A DNA stretch of 29,496 bases from Chlamydiota bacterium (GTDB taxonomy: Bacteria > Chlamydiota > Chlamydiia > Chlamydiales > SM23-39), in NCBI GenBank assembly GCA_039179045.1, contig JBCDEZ010000014.1, forward strand, positions 1 to 29,496. Reading direction: 5' to 3'. Both the position numbers and the translations under genes were made by a program. Positions 18,050 through 27,323 of this stretch are shown here, one piece after another. The notes beneath the pieces are model-generated. The model did not search any database, had not been told where the DNA came from, and saw only the letters and a list, made by a program, of their open reading frames with translations. Each line of letters begins with the position of its first letter. Positions within the stretch are counted from its first letter, which is position 1.

Positions 18050-18064
18050 GGGATAAACTCCCCC
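18039..18064 (-). terminator. Possible intrinsic terminator downstream of ORF 18114..19661
   Basis: Minus strand reads GGGGGA-GTTTA-TCCCCC followed by TCTATTTTT. Confidence 0.4.
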
Positions 18065-18113
18065 AAAACCTCGCCTTTTTGCTGGTGGAGAATTTCTTTA
18101 CACAACTCTTCAG

Positions 18114-19661
18114 TCAAGATGGGTACACTTGGGGATGCATTCTCTTATCGATGTACCAAGAAGAGCTTTCAAGACTTACAACCTGATTGCGTACAACCCC
18201 CGCTAAAGAATTGAAGCACAGGGGATCTTGTGTAGCATATTTGCCCTCTTCGACCCCTTTTGCGTACCCGACTTCAATCGAGGCGATGAAAGGGAGAAGG
18301 TTTTGAAAGATCGCATCGATGCGCTCCTCTGGAGAGCCTCCCCACTTAGAGCTATTGGAAGCGTTGATCAAAACGGCTGGTACGTACGTAGGTGTTTCGA
18401 AAGGCCAGCACGTGAAGGGGTGGAAACTGCGCACAAGATCTGCCTGCTTTTCTGGAGATAGTTTAGCGAAAGCTTTCGCGAGGAGAGCGCCATCTTTAGG
18501 ACCATAAAATCGGAGCATGCAGCCCAAACGAGCAAGTGTTTGCTCTTCTTTAGTGGTTCCTTGGAATCCAAGAGAAGTGGACATCTGCTTGAGGTAATCT
18601 GCTAAAACGGTCTTTTCTGTGGCGGCAGCATCGGAAAATTTCCGAACGGAGGAGAAAAGGTAGCCGATACGCTTGGCGCATGGTTCTGTAAAAGCAAGAG
18701 AGCTGTTGGGATTCACATGCCCTGCGGCCCCCATCACATCGACACAGTGTAGAACCTCCAACAGATCGATTGCCCAGGGATGCTTCGCTGCAATCCCACT
18801 TTCTTTCAACGCAGTGAACATGCCCGGCCCTCCTTCGATATGGGAGCCGTGTCCTGGATGTAGAGGAACGGGCATCTGTACGATTTCTTGCGCTGCCGGA
18901 GAAAGGCGGTGATAAGAGGGCAAAATAGAAGGATCTTCTTTCAATGCGTAGAGCATTTTTCCTACGAACTTGTCGTGATCTTCGTCTTTGATATGGGGAA
19001 AAAGCTCTCTCAAAACACCACTTTTGCCGAGATCGCCCATTGTAGCTAGAACATAGATCAGATCCTTGAGCTCTTCTCTAGAAAGTCCCTTAAGGCCTGA
19101 ATCTAGAAACGCATTGATCCTGGTATGCAATCTTGAGAAGGTGTCAAAAGAAAGCCGCACGTCCTCACGTTGCGCTGCAACGAGAGTTGCGTGCGCGATT
19201 TCGGATCCCTCGAGAATTTTTCCTAGAAAGTCTAGGCAGGCAATCGCACGCTTGAATTCTTTGGGATAGGATTGATCTACTCCTCCCACTACGTCGGATC
19301 CCTCGTTTGTCTGCCACTTTTCTGTACCGTCAAGCAAGTAGCGTAGCTCTGGGTACTCAGTCAAATATTTTTCTATTCTTGCGTTGGTAGAATCTGTCTT
19401 GTGGCTTTGTGCTGCGCTCTTTTCCCTATGAGGTGTGGCTGCGAAAACCGGAATGCTCACACCCAGGAAAAGAATGAAGGTTCGCAGGACAAATCCTCCC
19501 GAAGGTACCTTGCAAGCGGATCGTTTTGCGATTGAAGTGCCCGAGCTAGAAAAAGAGGGGAGACGGAGAGGTTTTCTTGGAACCGAAATCCCTTTTGTAC
19601 AGGGAGAGCGCAGGCCAAAAAGAGTTGAATGAGAGATTTCGCGCAGTATTCTCGAGATCAT
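18114..19661 (-). CDS. Hypothetical protein with HD-like metal-binding motifs and a long basic/Ser-rich N-terminal extension
   Basis: 515-aa ORF with RBS AGGAGCAATT-ATG. Motifs MGDLGKS, DEDHD, HPGHGSHIEG and HCVDVMGAAGH. Confidence 0.8.
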   Translation of the reverse strand: MISRILREISHSTLFGLRSPCTKGISVPRKPLRLPSFSSSGTSIAKRSACKVPSGGFVLRTFILFLGVSIPVFAATPHREKSAAQSHKTDSTNARIEKYLTEYPELRYLLDGTEKWQTNEGSDVVGGVDQSYPKEFKRAIACLDFLGKILEGSEIAHATLVAAQREDVRLSFDTFSRLHTRINAFLDSGLKGLSREELKDLIYVLATMGDLGKSGVLRELFPHIKDEDHDKFVGKMLYALKEDPSILPSYHRLSPAAQEIVQMPVPLHPGHGSHIEGGPGMFTALKESGIAAKHPWAIDLLEVLHCVDVMGAAGHVNPNSSLAFTEPCAKRIGYLFSSVRKFSDAAATEKTVLADYLKQMSTSLGFQGTTKEEQTLARLGCMLRFYGPKDGALLAKAFAKLSPEKQADLVRSFHPFTCWPFETPTYVPAVLINASNSSKWGGSPEERIDAIFQNLLPFIASIEVGYAKGVEEGKYATQDPLCFNSLAGVVRNQVVSLESSSWYIDKRMHPQVYPS

Positions 19662-20000
19662 AATTGCTCCTGAAAAATTTTCTGCTCAATTTAGCATACT
19701 TGCGTGATAACTGTCGAAGATGTTCTTTCCATTCTCTACTCTTGTGCGTGTGCCTGGAGTGCCTCGTATCTTATATTTCGCTCCGCGATGCCCTTTTTGG
19801 CAAAGACGCTTGCTGTTAGAAGAAATTGCGATGGATGTCTCCTCTGGGATTGTAGAAAATCAGAGGTGCTTTTTTTGCTGGAGAGTTTCTCGAACCGTTC
19901 GAAGGGCGTGTAGCGGTTTTTCTTGAGAGGATTGGAAATGTTTGGCAAGAATCGTCTTTGGATGTTAGTGTATTTATCAATATTTCCAAAGGTTACTTTC

Positions 20001-21086
20001 ATGCGCTCTACCTTTTTTTATTTGTTTGCGGTGTTCTTCTGTCCCATTGTCATTTATATGCCATCTTTGCTCGCAGATCCCGAAAATCCTACCGAGCCTG
20101 TTCAACCGAATTCTGAACTTGGATTGTCTCCGATTTCCGAGGAGCAGGAAGTAGCTTCTTTAGATGTAACTGGCCTGATCGAAATTGGCGACCCCTCTTC
20201 TGTACCCTTCAGCCCCAGCGCATCTACAGACATTCCAGATCCTTTGATCGAGCAACCCTATTATAGCCCTACGATTGCAGCGAGTCTTTCTTCTGTTATA
20301 CCTGGACTAGGTCAGCTCTATATACGCGAACCGAGTAGGTCTGGCGCTTTTTTTGGAACTTGGATTGCTAGTTTGGCCTATACTGCCTATGCTTGGGAAG
20401 ATCTCGAAGATCTAGATAGTGTTCCTGAGGAGGGCTTGGTGATGGTGAGTGCAACCCAATTTTGCAGCGTGTATACGGCATACCGAGATGCGAGAATCCT
20501 CAACGGAGAAGGCAAATACCGCTATAAGATGCCGCAAGACAGCATAGAGGATATGACGTATGCCTGTTTTTCTTATGCTACTTTAAGCAAGCCAGAAGTG
20601 TGGGGAGGCGTTTTGGGTATGTTGTGCGCGGGATTTTTCATTGCAAGCCTCTCTCCGGAACATATCGCTCTTTCTAGCGTAGCTAGCGCCAATGGATCCA
20701 TTTTTCCCTTGGCCGCATTTCCTGTAGCTATCGGAGAGGAGGCCTATTTTCGGGGTTTTTTGCAACCAGCTGTCATGGAAAAGACCAATCCTGCTGTAGC
20801 TATCGTTCTTTCCTCCGCGACATTTGGGTTGGCTCATGCGGGCAATGCATTGAGTTTACCAGTCGAAAGTCGCTCTTACTACTATCGTGTCGTGATTCCC
20901 TATCTCAGTACTGCGGGCGCCTATTTGGGCTGGCTTGCACATAGAGGGTCTTTGAAGGAGGCCACTGCTGTCCATGCCTGGTATGACTTTACTCTATTCG
21001 CTCTAGATTATTTCCTTACAGACCCCGAGCTGAGCACAGCCAAAGCTGCAGTTCCTAAGGAATATTCCCTTTCCCTCTCCTTTTGA
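20001..21086 (+). CDS. CPBP (CAAX/Abi) family intramembrane glutamic protease with signal peptide
   Basis: EEAYFRG, FGLAH and HAWYD motifs all intact; SSVIPGLGQLY motif. Start placed at ATG 20001 (ORF track start 19923). Confidence 0.88.
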   Translation: MRSTFFYLFAVFFCPIVIYMPSLLADPENPTEPVQPNSELGLSPISEEQEVASLDVTGLIEIGDPSSVPFSPSASTDIPDPLIEQPYYSPTIAASLSSVIPGLGQLYIREPSRSGAFFGTWIASLAYTAYAWEDLEDLDSVPEEGLVMVSATQFCSVYTAYRDARILNGEGKYRYKMPQDSIEDMTYACFSYATLSKPEVWGGVLGMLCAGFFIASLSPEHIALSSVASANGSIFPLAAFPVAIGEEAYFRGFLQPAVMEKTNPAVAIVLSSATFGLAHAGNALSLPVESRSYYYRVVIPYLSTAGAYLGWLAHRGSLKEATAVHAWYDFTLFALDYFLTDPELSTAKAAVPKEYSLSLSF

Positions 21087-21216
21087 GGGATTGGACGTAG
21101 AAATTGCAAGGGAGGGGAAGAGAAAAGCCCCTAATGCGGTTTGCTTGTTATGGTGAGCTTTTCCTTCCAACCTGCAACACTTGTTTAGAGATGCCCCACA
21201 AAGGAGTAGTAGGCAT

Positions 21217-22302
21217 ATGAAATTTCTCTCTTTTTTTCTTGTGCCCTCACTGATGTATTGTTCTTTAGCATTTTTCGCGCACGACCTCGGTCCTTTTGAG
21301 CACTTTCAAATCTTTGAACAGTCGCTACAAAAAGATGTCACCCTATACGTCTCTTCTACTGCGCAGAATAGAAGCGAAGAAAAAGGCCTTCCCTACTCGA
21401 ATCTTTCTTGGGAGGATTTCCCCCCCTATTCTGCCTACCTCTGCGATATTGCTACACCGCAATCGGAGATCTCTCGCATCCGGAAGCGGGCGCCCGATGC
21501 ATATCTCTACCTTTACTACGACAACTTAGAGCAGTATGTTCCTGGAGGATATTCTAAGAAATTTGCAGAGTTAGTAGAGAAAAAAGAGATCGATGGCGTT
21601 GTGTTTGCAAACAGTAGACTTATGGATCTCCCCTTATTTTCCGCTCCTGGCAAGGAGATTTCTTTAGAAGGGAAAGAGCTCTTAGGTTTGGGGTACTTTC
21701 CTATTGAACAGGCAGAGGCGTTTTCGCGTCATAGAGATCTCTTTCGCCACTCTCTTCGTGAAAACTTTTGCTGTACCCACCAGCTTAGCAGCGAAAAAGA
21801 GCGGGTCTTTGTCTACTTTGGGGGAAATAATCGGGAGTATTTGGAACATGCCCTTCCTGCTTTTTGCAGGTATTTGCAAGAAAATCGGGCTTCTTTGAAA
21901 GAAACTACGTGGATCTACCAACAGCATCCCGGAGCGCGGAACCACAATCTTGATCTCGCAAAAATCCAACCCTTGGTTGCAGATCCCTCCCTTTCCTTTT
22001 ACCTCTCTAGGTACGACCTTTCCGATGTGTGCAGTTTAGCGGATGTAGCCTTCTATTACCAGACAAGTATGGCTGCGCAGTTTGCACTAGCGGGCATTCC
22101 CGTAGCACAGATTGGTCATGATACGTATCCAGATATCTTGACCAGGAATGCTCTTATCCCATCTATTACTTCTTCCTCTACCTTTGAAAGGCTTCTCACA
22201 TCGGCCACTCCCGAGGTTCCTCCAAAAGATCTTCTTTTGCTTTTTTTGGGTGCCGATTGCCTTTGGAAGGAGCGTCTACAATTTCTTGTCAAAAAAAAAT
22301 AG
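21217..22302 (+). CDS. Hypothetical protein, possibly GT-B fold glycosyl/glycerophospho-transferase-like
   Basis: About 360-aa ORF with a hydrophobic N-terminus. QQHPG, ADV..YQTS and ALAGIPV resemble HP/S motifs of TagF/sialyltransferase-like GT-B proteins (weak). Confidence 0.6.
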   Translation: MKFLSFFLVPSLMYCSLAFFAHDLGPFEHFQIFEQSLQKDVTLYVSSTAQNRSEEKGLPYSNLSWEDFPPYSAYLCDIATPQSEISRIRKRAPDAYLYLYYDNLEQYVPGGYSKKFAELVEKKEIDGVVFANSRLMDLPLFSAPGKEISLEGKELLGLGYFPIEQAEAFSRHRDLFRHSLRENFCCTHQLSSEKERVFVYFGGNNREYLEHALPAFCRYLQENRASLKETTWIYQQHPGARNHNLDLAKIQPLVADPSLSFYLSRYDLSDVCSLADVAFYYQTSMAAQFALAGIPVAQIGHDTYPDILTRNALIPSITSSSTFERLLTSATPEVPPKDLLLLFLGADCLWKERLQFLVKKK

Positions 22303-22341
22303 TTCTAAGACAAAAATGCGTTTCTTGCCTATCGTGAGGAT

Positions 22342-23790
22342 ATGAAGATCCTCATTACGGGCGCAAATGGTTACATCGGCTCGCGCCTTGCGCCTTGCTT
22401 AGCAGAAGAGGGGCACGAGCTGATTGCTCTCGTGCGGGAGCCTCAAAGACTGCACTGGGAAGATCCTACCTTGGAGAGAACGACAATCGTGCAGGGAGAC
22501 CTCCTGGATCTCCCGAGTATGGGCTCTTTACCTAAAGATATCGATGCCGCTTACTACCTTGTCCATTCGATGAGGACCTCTCACCACGATTTTCCTCGGC
22601 TCGATGAAATGGCAGCGAAAAACTTCGTACGCCTTTTGGATAATACCTCATGCCAGCAGATTCTCTATCTAGGAGGCATCCAAGATGTGTCAGCAAGTTC
22701 TCGGCATCTGCAGTCACGAAGAGAGATTGAATCGATTCTAGAAAAGGCCAAGGCCCCCTTAACGGTCCTTCGTGCAGCGATCATTGTAGGTTCTGGTAGT
22801 GCCTCTTTTGAAATCATACGAGCTCTTGTGGAAAAACTCCCTGTAATGATCGCGCCCAAATGGATCAAAAGTCTTTGTCAACCCATTGCAATCAGCGATG
22901 TCCTCTACTATCTGAAAGGTGCTTTATGCCATCCCTGTTGCTTCGGAAAGACCTTCGATATTGGAGGGCCAGATATTCTCTCTTATGAGAAAATGTTGCT
23001 CGATATGGCAGAGGTGCGTGGCCTGGCACGAAAGATTCTACCCGTACCGGTTCTTACCCCTCGCCTCTCGTCATACTGGCTTTACCTCGTGACACCCACC
23101 AATTATTATCTGGCGCGCTCTTTAGTGGATGGCTTGAAAAACGATGTCATCTGCCACAATAGCCATATTCGGGATATCCTACCTCGAAAGTGCCTGCCTT
23201 ACAAAGTCGCACTCGAAAAGGCTTTTGACAAGATTGCGCAAGGAGGCGTCTCTTCCAGTTGGACCGATGCGATCTCTTCGGGGAGAACGAGTCCAAAATT
23301 TTTTGCTCATATCCACCCTCCAAAAGAAGGGTGCGTCGAGATGAGTTTTACGAAAAAATGCACCATTTCTCCAAAGCAGGTATATGCCTGCTTCACCGAT
23401 ATTGGAGGAAAAAGAGGTTGGTATTATATGAACTGGGCCTGGAGCCTGAGAGGTATGATTGATAAGTTGTTGGGAGGTGTAGGCCTGCGTCGGGGGCGCG
23501 TTTCTCGTCGGCAGCTCAGGATCGGAGATGCACTCGATTTTTGGCGCGTTCTTCTAATCGATGACAAACAATACCGGCTACTTCTCTACGCGGAGATGAA
23601 GCTGCCGGGAGAGGCTTGGCTCGAATTCGCCATAGAAGAAAAAAACGGAGAGCGCTACCTGCGTCAATCGGCGATTTTCCGTCCTCTTGGGATCTTGGGT
23701 AGATGCTACTGGTACGCCCTTTTTCTGCCCCATTATTTTCTGCTCAAAGGCCTTTTGCGAACTATTTTAGAAAAAGCTGCAGAAGAGTGA
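22342..23790 (+). CDS. ybjT: Atypical SDR NAD(P)-binding oxidoreductase with C-terminal DUF2867 (YbjT-like)
   Basis: ILITGANGYIG Rossmann motif, AAYYLVHSM, GSGSASFE, LDFWRV and AEMKLPGEAWLEF; GAGG RBS. Confidence 0.9.
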   Translation: MKILITGANGYIGSRLAPCLAEEGHELIALVREPQRLHWEDPTLERTTIVQGDLLDLPSMGSLPKDIDAAYYLVHSMRTSHHDFPRLDEMAAKNFVRLLDNTSCQQILYLGGIQDVSASSRHLQSRREIESILEKAKAPLTVLRAAIIVGSGSASFEIIRALVEKLPVMIAPKWIKSLCQPIAISDVLYYLKGALCHPCCFGKTFDIGGPDILSYEKMLLDMAEVRGLARKILPVPVLTPRLSSYWLYLVTPTNYYLARSLVDGLKNDVICHNSHIRDILPRKCLPYKVALEKAFDKIAQGGVSSSWTDAISSGRTSPKFFAHIHPPKEGCVEMSFTKKCTISPKQVYACFTDIGGKRGWYYMNWAWSLRGMIDKLLGGVGLRRGRVSRRQLRIGDALDFWRVLLIDDKQYRLLLYAEMKLPGEAWLEFAIEEKNGERYLRQSAIFRPLGILGRCYWYALFLPHYFLLKGLLRTILEKAAEE

Positions 23791-25047
23791 TCAAACCTTA
23801 CACCTGGCTACGGCTCCAATCCTTGCGTAGTAAAGTACGTAGATGTAACAAAACATAGGAACGAAAAAAGCGTTTTGGATTCCTATGTGATCGGCAAACG
23901 CTCCTTGGATCAAGGGCACGATCGCGCCCCCGATGATAGCAGTACAAAGAAGGCCCGATCCCTTCGCAGTGAATCCTTCAAGGCCCCGGATCCCGAGCGT
24001 AAAAATGGTGGGAAACATGATCGAATTGAAAAGACCGATCGAGAGAATGCTGTATGCTGCAATAGCGCCACTTGTGAGCATGCTCGTTACTAGAAGTAAA
24101 AGAGCGCAGGTCACGCAGATGGCAAGGAGTTTACGTGGTGCGATGCGGAGTAAAAGAACGAAACCTAAAAAGCGCCCTAACATTGCCCCTGCCCAGTACA
24201 AAGAGACAAGATGCCCTGCGTAAAAGTCACCCACCCCGAGCAGACGAGGATCGGTCAGGAAGTTGACAAGAAAGCTCCCAATAGATACTTCAGCGCCCAC
24301 ATAGCAAAAAATTGCAAGCGTTCCATATACGAGATGGGGATACTGCCACATACTCTCTTTGTGTTCCGGAATCTCTTCAGGCACGGGAGTGTCTTTCAAG
24401 CGGACCGCTCTACGCGACAGGTGTTCTTGAAATTCCTCATACTCTACTTTTTGTACTTCAGGGAAGCGCAAAAACAAAAGAAGAGCGGCTAAAAGTACAA
24501 GCCCCACAACCACGCAGCCGTAGATTACATTGATTCCGAACATATCAGAATAGATTGAAGAGCTTTGCAAGATGAGCTGGCTTCCAATAAGAGGCCCCAG
24601 CGTTGTCCCAAGGGAGTTGAATCCTTGTGCTAAGTTCAAACGGCTTGAGGAGTACTCGGGATCCCCTAAAAGAGCTACGTAAGGGTTGGCTGCGACCTGC
24701 AAAAGCACGATCCCTGAGGCGACAATGAAGATTGCGAGGAGGAAAAGAGGGAAAGAGGGTAGGTCCGCCGCGGGTAAAAATAAAAACGCCCCGAAAGCCG
24801 CCACAAATAGAGCAAGGACGATCCCTTTGCGGTAGCCTAGACGTTCAACGATTTTTCCTGAGGGAATGGAAATGAGGCCATATGCGGTGAAAAAACAAAA
24901 CTGCACGAGCATCACAGCTACGTAGCTCAAAGTAAACAAGGACTTGAAGTAGGGCACCAAAATGTCATTGAGCACTGTGACAAATCCCCAGGTAAAAAAG
25001 AGAGTGTTCATCAAAAAGAGTAGGAAAAATTGCTGTCGTTTCTTCAT
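23791..25047 (-). CDS. Sugar MFS transporter, FucP/GluP (glucose/galactose) family
   Basis: FFTWGF...LNDIL, LQVAANPYV, RLNLAQGFNSLG, YVGAEV and SIMFPTIF motifs. Start at ATG 25047 with AGGA RBS (ORF track start 25209 overlaps the upstream gene). Confidence 0.92.
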   Translation of the reverse strand: MKKRQQFFLLFLMNTLFFTWGFVTVLNDILVPYFKSLFTLSYVAVMLVQFCFFTAYGLISIPSGKIVERLGYRKGIVLALFVAAFGAFLFLPAADLPSFPLFLLAIFIVASGIVLLQVAANPYVALLGDPEYSSSRLNLAQGFNSLGTTLGPLIGSQLILQSSSIYSDMFGINVIYGCVVVGLVLLAALLLFLRFPEVQKVEYEEFQEHLSRRAVRLKDTPVPEEIPEHKESMWQYPHLVYGTLAIFCYVGAEVSIGSFLVNFLTDPRLLGVGDFYAGHLVSLYWAGAMLGRFLGFVLLLRIAPRKLLAICVTCALLLLVTSMLTSGAIAAYSILSIGLFNSIMFPTIFTLGIRGLEGFTAKGSGLLCTAIIGGAIVPLIQGAFADHIGIQNAFFVPMFCYIYVLYYARIGAVARCKV

Positions 25048-25055
25048 CTTGTATC

Positions 25056-25883
25056 CTAAATAATCCATGTGAAACCGAGAGAGCCTGCATGCGCGCGCAC
25101 CTTCACGCGCGGCACCTCTAGAAAGGAGAGCTCCTCTGCTGGGTTTTGCCCAACTGTCCGAGAAAAGTTTTTTGTTGTATCTACCGAACCCATGTGAAGA
25201 TAATTCCACTCGACGTTCATCAAGATCTGCTCTTGCAAAAAGAAGTACCAGCCCGCTAGGATTTTGTAGGCGAAAGAGCCTTGCGTGCGCCGCTCGGTCT
25301 GGTCTTGCGCTATTTCGGGGGTATTGCCATAAAAAGAGAGGGGGCTGAGTCTTTGGTGTACATACCCCAAGCCAGCGCCTATAAAAGGAGCGATGTAAGA
25401 TTGCTGCATGCCCAGTATTTTTGGGAGAAGCAATTTCCCATTCAAAGTGATGAGCTGAGACTGCACGTTCCCATATCCCTGCTGCGGGAAGGTAAGCTCA
25501 AGTGATGCAGAGCGGATCGGATGTGCATAAAAGGAAAAGGGGAGTTCTATGCTCTGGTAGGAAGCATCTAAAGAGGCGTACCCGTAGAAAAACCAGCCTA
25601 TACCCACATTCCAAAAGGGATGAAAAGAACTTCTCGGTGTGAACTGCGCATCTGAGACGACTAAGCCTCTATTTTCGTAGGAAAACTGGGTGTCGAACGC
25701 AGAGAGACCCGCCCCCCCCACATTTCCGAAGAGGAAAAATCCTTCTAGATGGTCCAGCAAAGAGGGAGACACCTCTTCAAAGTAGCGGCTTCTTTGTTCG
25801 AAACGGACGCGCCGCTCTTCACGATTTGCTGAACCAAAAAGGTGCGCAGCCAAGAGCAAACAACAAATGTAGATCCAATGCAC
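25056..25883 (-). CDS. Outer membrane beta-barrel protein (8-strand Ail/opacity/OmpA-TM-like)
   Basis: Signal peptide, PFIGAGLGY, FAYKILAG and terminal amphipathic strand SLGFTW; AAGGGGG upstream of the GTG start. Confidence 0.7.
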   Translation of the reverse strand: MHWIYICCLLLAAHLFGSANREERRVRFEQRSRYFEEVSPSLLDHLEGFFLFGNVGGAGLSAFDTQFSYENRGLVVSDAQFTPRSSFHPFWNVGIGWFFYGYASLDASYQSIELPFSFYAHPIRSASLELTFPQQGYGNVQSQLITLNGKLLLPKILGMQQSYIAPFIGAGLGYVHQRLSPLSFYGNTPEIAQDQTERRTQGSFAYKILAGWYFFLQEQILMNVEWNYLHMGSVDTTKNFSRTVGQNPAEELSFLEVPRVKVRAHAGSLGFTWII

Positions 25884-26114
25884 TCAACACCCCCTTACTT
25901 CGCACATTACTCAAAGGCTCGGATTTAAGAAAATAAATTTTCTGGAAGCTGTATGCAAGTTTCTAGAGGGACAGAGTAGAGAGCCTGCAAGAGAACGTAG
26001 GGAAAGGGGGTGTTGGAAACACATCAATCTACCCTTTGCAAGGGTATAAGGCAAATGGAGAATACCAGCCTTCTCTTGCGTGGCAGAAAAAATTCTATAT
26101 GAAGGCTGGGAGAT

Positions 26115-27323
26115 TCAAAAAGAACGGAGCTGCTCTGCAATGCTCATCCGGCAGATTTTGATGCTTGCTAAAAGGGAAGCTAGAAAAGCTGAGCTCATGC
26201 TGAGCAAAAGCGCCTGGAAGGCCATGCTCGGATAGAAGAGAAATTTGATGAGGCCCTGCTTTGTTTGTCCTGGGCCTGGTGGCATCAAAACTCCTTGATA
26301 GAGCATCCCTTTGGCTGCGAGATAGGCAAGCAAAAGACCCAGTATGCCTCCAAAAAATCCTAGAAAAATCCCCTCGTAGCAGACAAGGCGCATCACATCC
26401 CAAACCGACTCCCCGTTGGCGCGAAGGTTGCCAAGTTCTTGCTTCCTTTCCAGAATAGAGGTTGAAATCGTATTGACGATCCCGAGAAGCACAATGGACA
26501 AGATGATGATCTGCACGATTTGGTACTGCGCGTCAAGCCAGTCCATCGAATGTTGGTACCAAATTTTGTTCAGCTCCGCGAAAGAGCTCCCCTCTAGGTA
26601 GGGAAATGTAGTTTCTAAGTTCGCAGAGAGCTCATCCCAATAGATGTGATCGGAAAGGCCTACTGCAACACTTTCTACGAGATTTGTTCCGAGTAAACTC
26701 TGTGCAGTCAGTAGCTGCATGCGGAAGACATGGTTGTCAAAATCCGCATTGCCCGTTTCGAAAAGGCCCACTACGTAGAGGTCTTTTTTGCGTATTTTTC
26801 CAGATAACGACTTGGTATACAAGCGGAGCGAATCTCCTGTAGAGATGCCGATGGCTTTTGCAAGCCCCTTTCCGAGCAAGATCCCATTGCTCTCGTCAGT
26901 CAGGGGATGGCCTTCGACGATATCGAGCCCAGTGAAAAAGGATGACTCTTCTTCCGCATCGATTCCCTGTCCTCTTCCTGTAACCGACTGCTTGCCGTGA
27001 GTGAGCATTCCTTGGATGCTCACGCGAGGAAAGACATGGTCTACACCTTGCTGTTCCTCTAAAAAATGGTGCAATTCCCTGTAATTTCCAATCCAGTGCG
27101 CGGAGGGATCGCTGTGGGCTTTATTGCGGTAGCCTGCAATATGGAATTGTCCATTTCCCGAATGGGCACGAATCGTATTCTCTTTGAAATCTTCTTGGAT
27201 CCCTTGGATGAATCCGTCGAAGCAAAATAGCGCACCTGCGCCAAGAGCGATCGTGCAAGTAATCGTCAAGGTGCGTCTAAGGTTGCGAAAAAGATTGCGA
27301 AAAGCAAAGGCGATCAGCTGCAC
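26115..27323 (-). CDS. ABC transporter permease (LolE/FtsX-like)
   Basis: AFRNLFRNLRRT N-terminus, periplasmic domain, ILERKQELGNLRANG and C-terminal TMs. Confidence 0.9.
   Translation of the reverse strand: MQLIAFAFRNLFRNLRRTLTITCTIALGAGALFCFDGFIQGIQEDFKENTIRAHSGNGQFHIAGYRNKAHSDPSAHWIGNYRELHHFLEEQQGVDHVFPRVSIQGMLTHGKQSVTGRGQGIDAEEESSFFTGLDIVEGHPLTDESNGILLGKGLAKAIGISTGDSLRLYTKSLSGKIRKKDLYVVGLFETGNADFDNHVFRMQLLTAQSLLGTNLVESVAVGLSDHIYWDELSANLETTFPYLEGSSFAELNKIWYQHSMDWLDAQYQIVQIIILSIVLLGIVNTISTSILERKQELGNLRANGESVWDVMRLVCYEGIFLGFFGGILGLLLAYLAAKGMLYQGVLMPPGPGQTKQGLIKFLFYPSMAFQALLLSMSSAFLASLLASIKICRMSIAEQLRSF

Noticed and set aside
23785..23796. Convergent ybjT-like and MFS genes abutting with zero gap (TGATCA)
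   Set aside because: Common in compact genomes; no specific regulatory structure is visible.
26030..26046. Hairpin TACCCTT-TGC-AAGGGTA after the ABC permease; also AAAAAGCCC-GC-GGGTTTTT at 28402-28420
   Set aside because: Short stems with 2-3-nt loops; not enough support to call terminators.
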